Assembly (NCBI RefSeq): GCF_001194135.2
Contig: NC_068982.1
Coordinates: 60,816,047 to 60,874,554 of the forward strand
Origin: Octopus bimaculoides
Taxonomy: Eukaryota
Direction of reading: 5' to 3'
Length of the DNA: 58,508 bases
The notes beneath the pieces were generated by a model. The model searched no databases. It was not told the DNA's origin and was given only the letters and a program-made list of their open reading frames with translations. Shown here piece by piece: positions 1-11,958 of the stretch. A program made the position numbers and the translations under genes. Position 1 is the first letter of the stretch. Each line of letters begins with the position of its first letter.

Positions 1-140
1 TTTGGTTACTATTTCTTGCAGATCATACATCAATGTTGTTTCAGATACAGCTCATTGTTTTTGAGTCAGTACAATACTGACCAAGAAGTATGTGGTTCAT
101 GTTATGCTTTTGTCTCATAACTCTGAAGGTAGGAGTCACT

Positions 141-376
141 TATTTCTTATTTCTTTATTGCCCACAAGGGGCTAAACATAGAGGGGACAAAACAAGGACA
201 GACAAAGGGATTAAGTCGATTACATCGACCCCAGTGCGTAACTGGTACTTAATTTATCCACCCTGAAAAGATGAAAGGCAAAGTCAACCTTGACGAAATT
301 TGAACTCAGAACGTAACAGCAGACGAAATACTGCATTTCCTCCGGCATGCTAACGTCTCTGCCAGCTCGCCGTCTT
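141..376 (-). mobile_element. tRNA-derived SINE, family A (core GCCTTTCATCCTTTCGGGGTCGATAAA)
   Basis: Reverse complement has a GGCGAGCTGGCAGA head, a B-box-like GAGTTCAAATT and a central core shared with more than 10 other copies in the window. Confidence 0.85.
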
Positions 377-761
377 ATTTCTGTCACTTATTTCTGTGTC
401 ATTACTGCACACTTATATTGTTCACCACTATAGGTATTGAACATAGCATGACTGAATAGTTAGAAAGTTTTCTTTGCAACCACAAGGACCCAAGTTCAAT
501 CTCATTTTGGATGTCTTTAGCTATAATTTTAGATCAAACCTAATCCTTGCAAGGATTTGGCAAGTGGTATCCATGGATTTTTCTTCTCCAACATTTTTAA
601 CCACATGGGTTTTGCCTCTCCAACTTTGTCATACATTGTGTTATAAGGATATATATGTCTGTGGAATATTCAGTCAGTTATATACCAATTCAAGGGACAT
701 ACAATTCAGTTAGTTGATCAGACAATGATCAAACAACTGAATATTTGTCATCAAAACTTAC

Positions 762-791
762 AGTGATCCATTTTATATAAAGGTAGTGATA
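762..791 (-). CDS. Candidate 30-nt internal exon (SLPLYKMDH or YHYLYIKWIT)
   Basis: Minus strand gttttacaacag|exon|gtaagt, open in two frames; no homology recognised. Confidence 0.2.
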
Positions 792-1845
792 CTGTTGTAA
801 AACTAACAAGCATTTCAATAGGTTCTCATTTTGAGCTCATTTCTTTCTGTTGTAAAAGTGGAATGTCTTAGAGGTTAAAGTCTAAACTTGCAGAAATACC
901 TGCTGCAGATATTTTATTGTGTATTTGGGCATTACATGTAATTGTCTGTGAATTAGTTCTCTTGCCTTTTGGAAATAAGAGTATTGCTGAATATAGATTG
1001 GTCTGCCTAGGAAAGAGGTTTATCTTATCCTTCATTTTATGTCAAGAAACCAACATTGAATACCAACCCATAAATACTACATGAAGTTTAGGAAACATCT
1101 ACTTCAAAGTATTTTCCCTTCTGATTGTGCTCCATCAACCCATTATGAGTTGTGATTGTATCACAACAAAATCAGTAGAAATATTATTAACCAAATTGTG
1201 AGATCAATTAATAAACATTTTGAATGAAAACTGATAGATTTCTGCTTTAAATTCACACAATTTGCAAAAACATTTTAAGCTGATTGTCTGATTACTTTCT
1301 CTATTTAATCTCCATTGTCTCTTAAAAACCGCTATAAGTCATGGAACGGTCGGAACACTGGATTATAGCATAGCAGTTATTCATGAAAAGAAAATTGGAA
1401 TTTTTTGAAAATGGCTGCTGTATTAAATAAATAGGTAATTCCTATGGCAGCTGATAATTACTATAATGAACATCCACTTTAAAATTTGCAAGAATTTTTT
1501 TTCATTTAGAAATCTAATTTTCTTTATTTTTATGCAACTCAAATTACAGAAAGCAATCCATTAGAGAATTTTACATAGCAGCCCAAATTGCAAACAATGT
1601 TAGCAGATGGTGACTCAGTTTTATTCATACAACTGATATTGTGATAGTCTTCTTCATTGTATAGCACATTGTCATATATATTTTATGTGGCAAGAAATCC
1701 TCCATACTAATTATTTTATGTCAAAATGGATCAGGTGTTTATATTTTCACTATAACTTAAGCTCTTATTTCATTTTTATATAACCATGGTTATTATTAAA
1801 AAAGATCTCTTTATAGGAATAGATTTTAAAATTACAACTTTCCCT

Positions 1846-2062
1846 AAGGCAGAAAGCTATCAGAATTGTTAGCATGTTGGGTGAAAGGCTTACCGGCATT
1901 TTGTCCGTCTCCATGATCTGAGTTCAAATTCTACCTAGATTGACTTTGCCTTTCATCCTTTCGAGGTTGATAAAATAAGTATCAGTTTAATACTGAGGTT
2001 GATGTAATCAGTTTACATGCTTCCCCGAAATTACTGATCTTGTCCCAAAATTTGATATCAAT
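1846..2062 (+). mobile_element. SINE family A, diverged full-length copy
   Basis: Head aaggcagaaagctatcagaa, gagttcaaattc, gcctttcatcctttcgaggttgataaa core. Confidence 0.8.
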
Positions 2063-2408
2063 ATAACAACTGTCCCTGAAATAGTTATAAGGAATTCTAC
2101 ATCTTTAAGAAAATCTAGTTACGAGATTTTTACTAATAAATGTGTTAAGAAATATATGTTTAATTATAAAAACAGAATAATCACAGGCTTTTACATTATA
2201 TTTCTATATCCCTTTACATGGAATTTATGGAATTTACATCTTGATTATATATGTATATATGTTTCATGCAAAAGAATAGAGATTTGTTCTGTATAATATA
2301 TATATTATACGGAGAGAGACAGACAGACAGACAGAAAGACAGACAGACCGACATACAGACAGACCAACATACAGACAGACCGACATACTGACAGACATGT
2401 AATTATTG

Positions 2409-2514
2409 ATCACTACAGTTGTTTTGACCTATCTAGCATCAATCCCTCAAAGGTGGGATATTGAACATCTGGTTTAGGTGTATCTGTTGGTGCAGATGTG
2501 TCTCCTCAGATGAT
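2409..2514 (-). ncRNA. Degenerate hammerhead ribozyme, long-loop-II family, copy 1
   Basis: Minus: ATCAT CTGAGGA GACACATCTG..55nt..CTAGATAGGTC AAAA CAACTG TA GTGAT; stem I intact, GAAA mutated to AAAA. Confidence 0.6.
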
Positions 2515-2774
2515 TACAAGATGTATCACATTAAAATAATGACTGTTCCACAAGACTTCTTCTCGGTATGTGTATAAAATGCAGCAAATTAAGGGATACA
2601 GCTTCATCATTATAGAAAATCAACTAAAAATATCAGATATAAAAGGAAACAAATAAACAATTCAGTGAAAAAAGTATTAGATATAACTGTTAGTAGATAT
2701 GGATGTACAAATGTCATAGCTTTCGTTGTCTGGCACACATATACTCATTCGTACAAACTTACATTGAATGAATA

Positions 2775-3668
2775 TCTTCTACTATAGCCTCAGGCTAATC
2801 AAAGCCTTGTGATTGGATTTGGTAGATGGAAACTGAAAGAAACCTGGTATGTATATATATATATATATACATACATATATCATCATCATCATCATCATCA
2901 TCGTTTAACGTCCGCTTTCCATGCTAGCATGGGTTGGACGATTTGACTGAAGACTGGTGGACCAGGTGGCTACACCAGGCTCCAATCTGATTTGGCAGAG
3001 CTTCTATAGCTGGATGCCGTTCCTAACGCCAACCACTCCGAGAGTGTAGTGGGTGCTTTTACGAGCCACCGGCACGAAGGCCAGTCAAGAGATACGGGCA
3101 ATGGCCACGCTCGAAATGGTGTATTTTATGTGCCACCTGCACAGGAGCCAGTCCAGCGGCACTGGCAACGAACTCGCTCGAATGTCTTTTCATGTGCCAC
3201 TGGCACAAGTGTCAAGAAGGCGATGTTGGTAACGGTCACGCTCAAACGGTGCTATTTACGTGCCACCAGCACGAAAGCCAGACAGCTGGTGCTCTGGCAA
3301 TGATCACGCTCGGAAGGTGCTCTTAGTGATTTACTGGTACAGGTGCCATCACGATTTCGCTTTCACTTTCGCGCATACTTACATACACACACACACACGT
3401 CAGTTTCTGTCTACCAAATCCACTCATATATATGTATATATTTATGCATGTGTGTCTTTGTGTTTGTGTTTGACCCCACATCACTGCTTGACAACCGATG
3501 TTGGTGTGTTTACATCCTTGTAACTTAGCAGTTTGGTAAAAGAGAACCAGTAGAATAAGTACTAGGCTTAAGAAATAAGTCCTGGGGTCGATTTGTTTGA
3601 CTGAAACCCTTCAAGGTGGTGGTCCAGCATGGCCGTAGTCAAATGACTGCAAGTAAAAGAATAAAAGA
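2775..3668 (+). mobile_element. SINE family B (internal AT/GT microsatellite), interrupted by a nested RTE 3' fragment
   Basis: 5' part tcttctactatagcct..gatttggtagatggaaactgaaaga at 2775-2850; 3' part tttgtgtttgacccc..cagcatggccgtagtcaaatgactg..aaaagaataaaaga at 3440-3668. Confidence 0.75.
2881..3370 (-). mobile_element. RTE LINE 3' UTR fragment with (GAT)n tail
   Basis: (CAT)n then cgtttaacgtccgctttccatgctagcatgggttggacg; matches the UTR downstream of the RTE ORF at 53027-53467. Confidence 0.85.
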
Positions 3669-4491
3669 ATTGCAGTTAAAACATTCATTATTATTTCTAG
3701 TTACTAAAGACAGTTACCAATCTTACCTTGTTTTTACCATCACAATTCTGGAAGACAATGATTATTACTCAAGTTCTGCTATTGTAAACATTACTGCTGC
3801 TGTTGCTACTCTTATTGTTACTACTACTACTGCTACTGCTGCTGCTGCTGCTACTATACCTACTACTGCTACTACTACTAATTTATCCAAAAAATCTTTG
3901 TTGTAATCTATATTCACTATTAAGAGGATATTTTTACTGTTTTTGCTTTGTTTTTGTAATTTTTATTTATTTATTTATTTATTTATTTATTTTGGTTTCG
4001 TGTGTTTTATTTAGAGCATTGCTCAATTCATTTGAGGTAACGATGAAGAGAAAACAACCTGGAGATAGATGTCATATCCTCCTTAGTTCAAGCTAACATT
4101 AGATATTCTGCAGTTTTCAGACACAGACATAGCTGTAATGAATCCATTTTCCCATGAAAATTGTGAATATATTTCAGGTCAGCTTGCCAAGGATGGCTTG
4201 CATGAGTCAAGCTAATAATACCATGAAACCAAGACACCTATCAGACACTGAAAAAAAATCTAGTCTGGTGTAAAGCTGTTCTGTATACATTCTAAGTTGG
4301 AACTGCTTTTAGTGTGCTTTTCTTTAAGTATTTATTACTAGATCTCTAAAACCATTCTTTTAGTATGACTCTAAACGTGATTCAATTTAGGGAAACCTTT
4401 ATGCATATAACTTAACTCATGTATATATGTATGTAAATGTATATATATGTATGTATGTACATGTGTGTATGTATATATACATATGTATATG

Positions 4492-4559
<68 letters not shown>

Positions 4560-4692
4560 TGTATGTATTCATATAGGTTTATGTTTGTATATGTATATTA
4601 TATATGTCAGTGAATCAGTTTACATATCTGTGTTTAATTATACGTGGTTGCAGGCTATACATAGATACATTATTTTTATATTTTGATCCAAG

Positions 4693-4731
4693 AATGAAGA
4701 GTTGTGTCTATGGAGGATTTTGGTGCAGAAA
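4693..4731 (+). CDS. Candidate 39-nt exon (NEELCLWRILVQK)
   Basis: ttttgatccaag|exon|gtaaga, phase 0-0; no homology recognised. Confidence 0.2.
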
Positions 4732-5734
4732 GTAAGATGAGCAAGTGAGATTATATAATTAATGTTTCCTTTAAACTATTGGAGATTAATACTTGATGAA
4801 AAAAATAGAAAAATTAAAAAAGTAATATATAATAAAAAAAGAAATATTAGTTTTGGGCAAATATCTTCATTTTAATATTTAATGCAAAACTTAGGAAGGA
4901 CATGTGTAATATGAGACAGAAAATGGATCTTAAAATAAATTGACATAAGTAAGGAAAACATGAAAGTGAACAGTTCAAAGAATATATACTATTTAAGTTT
5001 AAAAATAAATGCAAAAACACGATACAGCTTGAAATTGCACCAAAAACTGAAAGTCAACCAAGGAAATAGCTTTTTATAGATCATAGTATAAGATACTAAG
5101 GGATTAAGTAGAAAGTAAGATCCTTAGGATATGAAAAGACATTCATTACTTGTTTGTTATTCAGAAGTTTCACTATAATTACAGCAGAAAAAAAGGAGAT
5201 TGTTTGGCTCCAGACCATCCCTTGACAAGACCCATGATCAAAGCCTTTCCAATCATGATCATTCTGTTTTTGTTCTTTGTTTTTATCTGTGTCTGTTTTT
5301 TTTTGTTTTTTTTTTTTAATTTCCATGAATATGTCAGGCTACATTTAAAGACATAACAGCAAAATATGATTCGGTAGTGACTTAGCTGCTATTTTTAACA
5401 AAGTGAGCAATCATGCAGAGGCTGTTCACAAGAAAATCATTCTAAAAAAGAATCTGAAAAGGTTGAGGCAGAATTTTTACAATTTCTATGAATATTCTAA
5501 AACAGTTTTTCAACCCTTATCAGTTTTAGACATGGACTAGAAATGAAACTTACAACTATTCAGGACGTTTGGATATGTTCCTCCGTTATCATCCTGTAGT
5601 TGTACAGACAATTTAGTTCAACATAGTAGCATAAGTACAGGAACAAATTTGTTTAGTGGGTGCAAACCCAAGTCCAAAATTTTTTACAAAGTCAATTTTT
5701 TCAATCTTACTATCAAAACAAACACCCCATCACT

Positions 5735-5882
5735 ATGTTCTGAGTCCAAATTCCACCGAGGTCAACTCTGCCTTTTTTTTCAGGGTCGATAAATTAAGTA
5801 CCAGTTGAGTACTGGGGTCGATGTCATTGATTTAATCCCTCCCACAAAATTTCAGGCCTTGTGCCTATAGTAGAAAGGATTA
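5735..5882 (+). mobile_element. SINE family A, 5'-truncated
   Basis: ttctgagtccaaattccaccgaggtcaac..gggtcgataaattaagtaccagttg..ccttgtgcctatagtagaaaggattat. Confidence 0.8.
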
Positions 5883-6719
5883 TATTTGTACAGCAATCAA
5901 ATCAGATAAATCCAATAATGGAAGAGTAATGTTTCAAATCAATCTAAAAATGTTTCTTTGCTCATTCGCTTTGGTGATGAAAATTTTCAGAATGTTCAAA
6001 GCATTTTCATTGCTCTTCAAACATTTTAGGGAGTGCACTTGCACCCACTGCACACCCTGTTACCAAGTCTATGTATGGTGGTGATGTTGTTATTGTTGTT
6101 TAACCTCAACTGAGCCTTGATTAAACAGGTAATCAAACAATGACCATATACAAATATCACAGACTGTGTTATCTTCATCTATGAGGCTAATATGATATAA
6201 CCTTGCCATGTCTTATGTCAAGTTTTATGCACATAGTATTTTACCCCTGATTATTCTACCTCAGTTTATATCAACTCTCTATACCAGGCAAAGCAACCTT
6301 AGACACATCACAATTCTGGTGACAAAATACAAACTTGTCAGTCTCACAGCTCATTGGCTAGAATTTTATCTATTTAGCTATCCATGCTCTCACTAAGTAA
6401 GGTATTCTTGCATGAAATAATGCTTAAGAAAATAAATATTGCTTAAAACACAATAAAATTAAACTAGAGTAGCTCATTTAAGTTTTTATTGATTTGAGGA
6501 GGCATAAAAATAAAAACAATTTCTACTCAGTCAACAGATCTGAAGTAAAATCACCACTTTGGAATTTAAATCAATTACAGATCCTCTAATGGGGCAGTGG
6601 TATATACTTCAGAGCATTAGAGAGAGAAAGAGACAAAGTGAAATTCCAATTTGAAATAAATTTCAATTTCAGGTAAAACTTCTTCATAACTGTAGGCAGA
6701 ATTCAATTTTCTCTCTCAG

Positions 6720-6730
6720 TAATTTAAATG
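6720..6730 (+). CDS. Candidate 11-nt microexon
   Basis: aattttctctctcag|TAATTTAAATG|gtgagt: strong acceptor and donor 11 nt apart. Confidence 0.25.
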
Positions 6731-6809
6731 GTGAGTGATGTAGTGTAAAAGTTGTTAGATAAGTTTTTAACTCACTGTCAATTTAAAGTTGAAACCATTT
6801 TTACTTGAC

Positions 6810-6990
6810 TTATATTGTGATTAGAATGTCACAGGAAAGAATTACAAGACAGATTCTTCAAGCCAAGCCAAACAGCAGGAGACCGAGGTACAGACCAAGA
6901 ATGAAATGGGTAGTCATGCTTGGAAATTCAGCCAAAAAGTCTAATAATAGTTCTCCTATGGAAGAGGTGCCTGAGGACTCTCTCACCATG
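6810..6990 (+). mobile_element. RTE-type LINE ORF C-terminal remnant
   Basis: Translates [29 protein letters not shown], resembling the RTE RM..R...RGRPR.RW end. Confidence 0.6.
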
Positions 6991-7024
6991 ACCCTCCCTG
7001 GAATAGTGAGCAAAGACAACAAAT

Positions 7025-7080
7025 AGATAGATAGATAGAAAGACAGACAGACGGTCAGGTAGGCAGGCAGGTAGGCAGGC

Positions 7081-7176
<96 letters not shown>

Positions 7177-7185
7177 GAATGGATA
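7025..7185. repeat. Compound (GATA)n/(GACA)n/(GGCA)n microsatellite
   Basis: Direct inspection. Confidence 0.95.
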
Positions 7186-7689
7186 GATGTTTAATGCTCA
7201 ACAGAAGAGAATGAATATCACAAAATCTCATTTCTCAATAATCCATCTTTTGACAAAAAATAAAAGTTTCTCATGAAACCCCAAAATTTTAGTTTTTATA
7301 TTTTTAATATACCTGGTACACAAAATTACAAATTGTCTATACATTGTTGTTGTTGATGATGTTGTTTAGCCACAGGTCAGCTTTGATCAAGCAGCCTAAT
7401 GATCAAAGGCATTCCAACCATGGCCATTTTATTTCTTTTTTAGGAAAATTTGATATTCCATTACCTAACATGTGTCCAGTTTTTAAGATGATAGAAAAGA
7501 GAAGTGTGACTTGAGGAAGAGATAGCAGCTATTTCTTATAGATTCTAGCATATCAAATGACCATATGGAAGTTCCCTCACTGGCTCTTCATAAAGCAAAA
7601 TGGTTTTCAAAATACTTTCGATCTTTTACATTAAATTTTATGTTCCTAGTTCCTGGCTCTTAGATCCTCCAGTGCTCTCAGCACAACAG

Positions 7690-8000
7690 GCAGCAAGCCT
7701 TTTCCAGGCATCCTGATTGCTCACCTTCCTCCTGGCTCCACTTAGACCAACTCCTTCTCCTATCATGTCATCCTGGAACATACTGCATTACATCTTCCTT
7801 GGTCTTCCTCTTGGTCTTTTCCCTCTTCCAGTGTCCATACCATCACAATGGAAGCATGTCTCTCTGGTGATTATCAAAACACATGGCCAGTAGACCATAT
7901 CCACTACTCAGTCACCATGTCCTGCTAACTTCCCATGCATGCTGCCCTTCTTGTCACCTCTTTGTTTTACACTTTGTTCTGGTAAGAGATGCCCAGGATT
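7690..8000 (-). mobile_element. Decayed RTE-type LINE 3' remnant
   Basis: Minus strand resembles the W.GH.. and KR.RGRPRK motifs, with frameshifts. Confidence 0.5.
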
Positions 8001-8579
8001 GAACATAGGCAGCACCTATGGAATTCCGACTATTATCTCGTGCCGCTAGTAAAAATCTAGGTAACTAAAGATAGTCTGAGCATTGACGTTCAGTAGCTCA
8101 TAAAAAAGAATTTCTAAAATTAGCTAGCCACACCAACAACAAATAAGTTAAACATTGTAGGGAAGAAACAGAAATAGAAGCACAAGTTCAAATATTTATA
8201 TACCTACAATGAAAAGTGTCAGTATTTTTAGCCAGAGTCTTATTTGTTTATTCACATACTAATGTTGATATGTAACAGAAGATAATGAAATGTATGATAC
8301 CATTCACACTTTATTTTTATTTTTATTTTGCTCATTTATATATATATATATATTTTTTTTTTTGTTAATCTTATTCAGAAACAAAAACTACCAACACTAT
8401 TTCCTTTATTCTTTCAGTTCCTTGCACTGACTGTCTTACACAACACCATAATTACTGCTGAAAATTCTTTGTTATGCTAACTGAAAAGTTAGAGAGAAAC
8501 AAAAGGAATACGCAACCAAAATTATGTTTTAATGAGAAGGGCAAATAACAGCTGGCTGGTTGTCTATAAGCTGGCTGAC

Positions 8580-9260
8580 AGGATGGGTGGATGGATGGAT
8601 GGATGGATGGATGAGTGGGTGGTTGGATGTCTGTGTGATTGGGTGGATGGGTGGATGGATGGATGGGTAGATGGATGGGTGGATGGNNNNNNNNNNNNNN
8701 NNNNNNNNNNNNNNNNNNNATGGATGAGTGGGTGGTTGGATGTCTGTGTGATTGGGTGGATGGGTGGATGGATGGATGGGTAGATGGATGGGTGGATGGG
8801 TGGATGGATGAAGGGATGGGTAGATGGATGGATGAGTGGGTGGTTGGATGTCTGTGTGATTGGGTGGATGGATGAAGGGATGGGTAGATGGATGGATGGA
8901 TGGATAGATGAATGGATGGATGGATGGACGGATGAAGGGATGGGTAGATGGATGGATGGAAGGATGAATGGATGAGTTGATGGATGGGTGGATGGATGGA
9001 TGGGTGGGTGGATGGATGGGTGGGTTTGGATGGATGGGTGGGTTTGGATGGATGGGTGGGTGGATGGATGTCTGTGTGATTGGGTGGATGGGTGGGTGGA
9101 TGGATGGACGGATGAGTTGATGGATGGATGGATGGATGGATGGATGGATGGATGGATGGGTGGATTGATGGATGGACGGATAGGTGGATGAGTGGATGGA
9201 TGGTAAGCTATTTAGATGATTGAACTGAACGATAGACAGTTGGATAGATGGTGGGATGGT
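8580..9260. repeat. (GGAT)n/(GGGT)n complex satellite with a recurring GAGTGGGTGGTTGGATGTCTGTGTGATTGGGT unit
   Basis: Unit recurs near 8612, 8724 and 8833 and partly near 9062; contains an N gap. Confidence 0.9.
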
Positions 9261-9690
9261 TGAATGTCTATATGAATGGTTAGATCCCTGGTGGTTGAAT
9301 GGGTGTCTGGCATGTTGTAAGGTGGGGGTAGTTTGCTATAAGTTTCTGTGTAATGTACCACACAAAATTGTACCTGCACTTATTTAAGTTAAATGTTTTC
9401 ACTTAAAATCTTAGAAGATTGTGACTGAAAGCATATTTGCTTTTGAATTAAGCTGTGACTTCTGAATGGGTTAAAAAAAAACAAATTTAGCTTTCACCTC
9501 TAAGACAAAGGTGGCAATATCAGCGATGAAGGAGGAGAGACGGGGGGAGGAGGACGACGAAAAAAGGAGGTGGAAGAAGAGGAGGAGAACTAATAGATAT
9601 TATAAACTCTTCGATTCTCATAGTGTCAAGGTCAATTGTCATCCCTAACTAATAGTGCTTCCAGTATTACATGCTAAAATGAAAGAGAAA

Positions 9691-9838
9691 CATTATTTAC
9701 ATTATTTACATCTGACAGATATTTGTCTTCATCTTGTTTGTTATTAACACAACGTTCCAGCTGATATACCCTCCAGCCTTCATCAGGTGTCTTGGGGAAA
9801 TTTCAGACCTGGGTTCTCGTTCCTAAGGTATTTTTCGA

Positions 9839-9871
<33 letters not shown>

Positions 9872-10001
9872 CATTATTATTATCATTATTATTATTATTA
9901 TTATTATTACTATTATTATTATTATTATTATTCAGGTCACTGCCTGGAATTGAACTTGGAATCTTGGGGTTAGTAGCCTGCATTCTTAACCACTACGCCA
10001 T
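9691..10001 (-). mobile_element. tRNA-headed SINE-like unit: Pol III head + (AAT)n + PLE-type hammerhead tail
   Basis: Minus: A box TGGCGTAGTGG, B box AGTTCAATTCC (9932-10001), (AAT)n at 9841-9931, CTGATGA..GGAACGTT tail, terminal (TGTAAATAA)2. Confidence 0.65.
9746..9791 (-). ncRNA. Degenerate minimal hammerhead ribozyme
   Basis: GACAC CTGATGA A GGCTG gagggtatat CAGCT GGAA CG TT GTGTT; stems I and II pair, GAAA mutated to GGAA. Confidence 0.6.
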
Positions 10002-10029
10002 ATGGTGTAGTGGTTAAGAACGCAAGATT

Positions 10030-10220
10030 GTTTAAGCAATGTGTTGGTGGATGGTTACTGGGTTGGATGTGGTGCTGATGAAAGAGCAATAACTCTTGAA
10101 ATATGCATATACACCCCTTACCAATTTTTCTATCTTCGGTCACATTGTTTAAATTGACGTATCATAACTTCCAGTGCTGACTCTAAGTTCTATAGAAAAC
10201 CTTAGGGATACACTTAAAAA
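10030..10220 (+). mobile_element. Penelope-like element terminal (pseudo-LTR) fragment
   Basis: Homologous to 27740-27900; carries a complete hammerhead. Confidence 0.6.
10071..10115 (+). ncRNA. Complete minimal type I hammerhead ribozyme
   Basis: GGTG CTGATGA AAGAG caataa CTCTT GAAA TATGCATAT A CACC; stem I 4 bp, stem II 5 bp, palindromic stem III ATATGCATAT, AUA cleavage triplet. Confidence 0.85.
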
Positions 10221-10254
10221 ATATATTTATTGAGAGATGTTTATATAATCAGCA

Positions 10255-10790
10255 GTAGAAATAGAGGTGATTGGGTGGGAAAATTTCAGGAAGCTACTGT
10301 TTCTGTTGGCAATAAAGAGCTTCTCTCTATGAATGAAATGCTGGCAGTATGATACCTATGTATGAAATACAATGAGTGCTGACTATGGAGGACATGCAAA
10401 AAATGGAAAGAAATTATGAGGAGCATGCTCTGCTAGATGTGTAATGTTAGTATAGATGGTTACAAGAAAACAAGTATGCTCAGAGAAAAAAAAAGTAAAA
10501 TATAAATGGAAATAAAAACTAGGTATCGGAAGCTTCCCCTGTTGTATATAAGAAAGAAGAAAATGATGAAGTTTGGATATATGTTGTGCATGAAGAATGA
10601 TAACCAGATAAAAATGTCAGATAATGGAAACAGAAGGAGTCACTGGTGGAAAAAGACTGAAGAGGATATTGATAGGAAGTGTTGAGGATTGATCCTAAAA
10701 TGTTGAACCTCAGAAAGGAGATGATGAAGGGCCACAATAACTGGAGAGGCACTGTGTAGCAACTGACTCAACACTGAAAAATGGATGTAA
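10255..10790 (+). mobile_element. Decayed RTE LINE ORF 3' fragment
   Basis: Collinear with 52957-53467 (IGWENFR.LL.LLA.K, ..RNYEEHALLDVCNVS), many stops and indels. Confidence 0.75.
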
Positions 10791-10798
10791 GAATTATA

Positions 10799-11341
10799 CA
10801 GGGGTGGGCAAAGGTAGGTATACAGTTGCTTAATATCAGCGGAATGTTCTTTTCATTTCTCTGTTTCTTTTCTATTCTATGAGTCTACGTCCTTTTTAAT
10901 TAATTCTTTCTATAATAATATAATTATTCCTAATTTCAGATATTTATTATGTAGTTGGACCAATGATAAATGAAAGTGGGCCATTAAACAGTACTGGAAA
11001 ACAGAGAATGCAGAAATGGTTAGATAAAAATGGACTGAAGAATTTCAAAGACCTGCACCTTCAAGATTAGCAGTTTACAGAACACATAACAAATTTGAGT
11101 AGACAAGGTTCATCTGCAATGCACAGAAAAGTGGTCAACTGGTCAAATTACCATTAAAGAAAATGAAATGCTTGAGACTCAAGCATTCACACAAAGTCTC
11201 CAGAAATCAAAAAGTGAGCTTCCAATGAGTTAGATGCCTCCCGCAAATCCCTTATTCAATTTATGAATCACTTTGGTAAAAAAGAAATAGAGAAATGAAA
11301 CTTATATTAAGCAACTGCATTCCTACTTTTGCCCACTCCTA
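10799..11341. mobile_element. Non-autonomous Tc1/mariner-type element
   Basis: ~38-bp imperfect TIRs (CAGGGGTGGGCAAAGGTAGGTATACAGTTGCTTAATAT vs reverse complement TAGGAGTGGGCAAAAGTAGGAATGCAGTTGCTTAATAT), TA at left end, internal WAIKQYWKTENAEMVR remnant. Confidence 0.75.
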
Positions 11342-11369
11342 TGTGTGTGTGTGTGTGTATGTGTGCATG

Positions 11370-11401
<32 letters not shown>

Positions 11402-11445
11402 ACAAATGATAAAGATGGAAATGGAATATACAAGAAACTTTATTG

Positions 11446-11551
11446 CTCACAATGATTGTTTCTACACATCTTGCATCAATTCCTTGTGGGTGGGATATTG
11501 TATAACTGGTTGTGGTGCACCTCTCAATGCAGACACATCACTTCAGGTGAT
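11446..11551 (-). ncRNA. Degenerate hammerhead ribozyme, long-loop-II family, copy 2
   Basis: Minus: ATCAC CTGAAGT GATGTGTCTG..CAAGATGTGTA GAAA CAATCA TT GTGAG caataaa; same 106-nt span as the other copies; A9 mutated. Confidence 0.55.
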
Positions 11552-11907
11552 GTTATAAGGGGTATCTCATTAAATAAACTCTGTTTTACTCAGTTTTGAT
11601 ACAGCATGCTATTAGTGACAGTGTTTAAGCTGTTAGGCAGGAATAGTGAGGGATGGATTTCATTGCAGCTTTATAGACAAAGACGGAATAATTAAGAAAA
11701 ATAAGATGAAAAATAAAGATGAAACACAATAAAGTAAAACATTATTTGCGTTAATAGTTAGTATCCACATATGTATATATATATATATATATATATNNNN
11801 NNNNNNNNNNNNNNNNNNNNNNNNNNNNNNNNNNNNNNNNNNNNNNNNNNNNNNNNNNNNNNNNNNNNNNNNNNNNNNNNNNNNNNNNNNNNNNNNNNNN
11901 NNNNNNN

Positions 11908-11958
<51 letters not shown>

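Noticed and set aside
9932-10001. tRNA gene
   Set aside because: A and B boxes are present but no acceptor stem or T-run terminator; it is a SINE-type head. The same applies to 18041-18110 and 56086-56155
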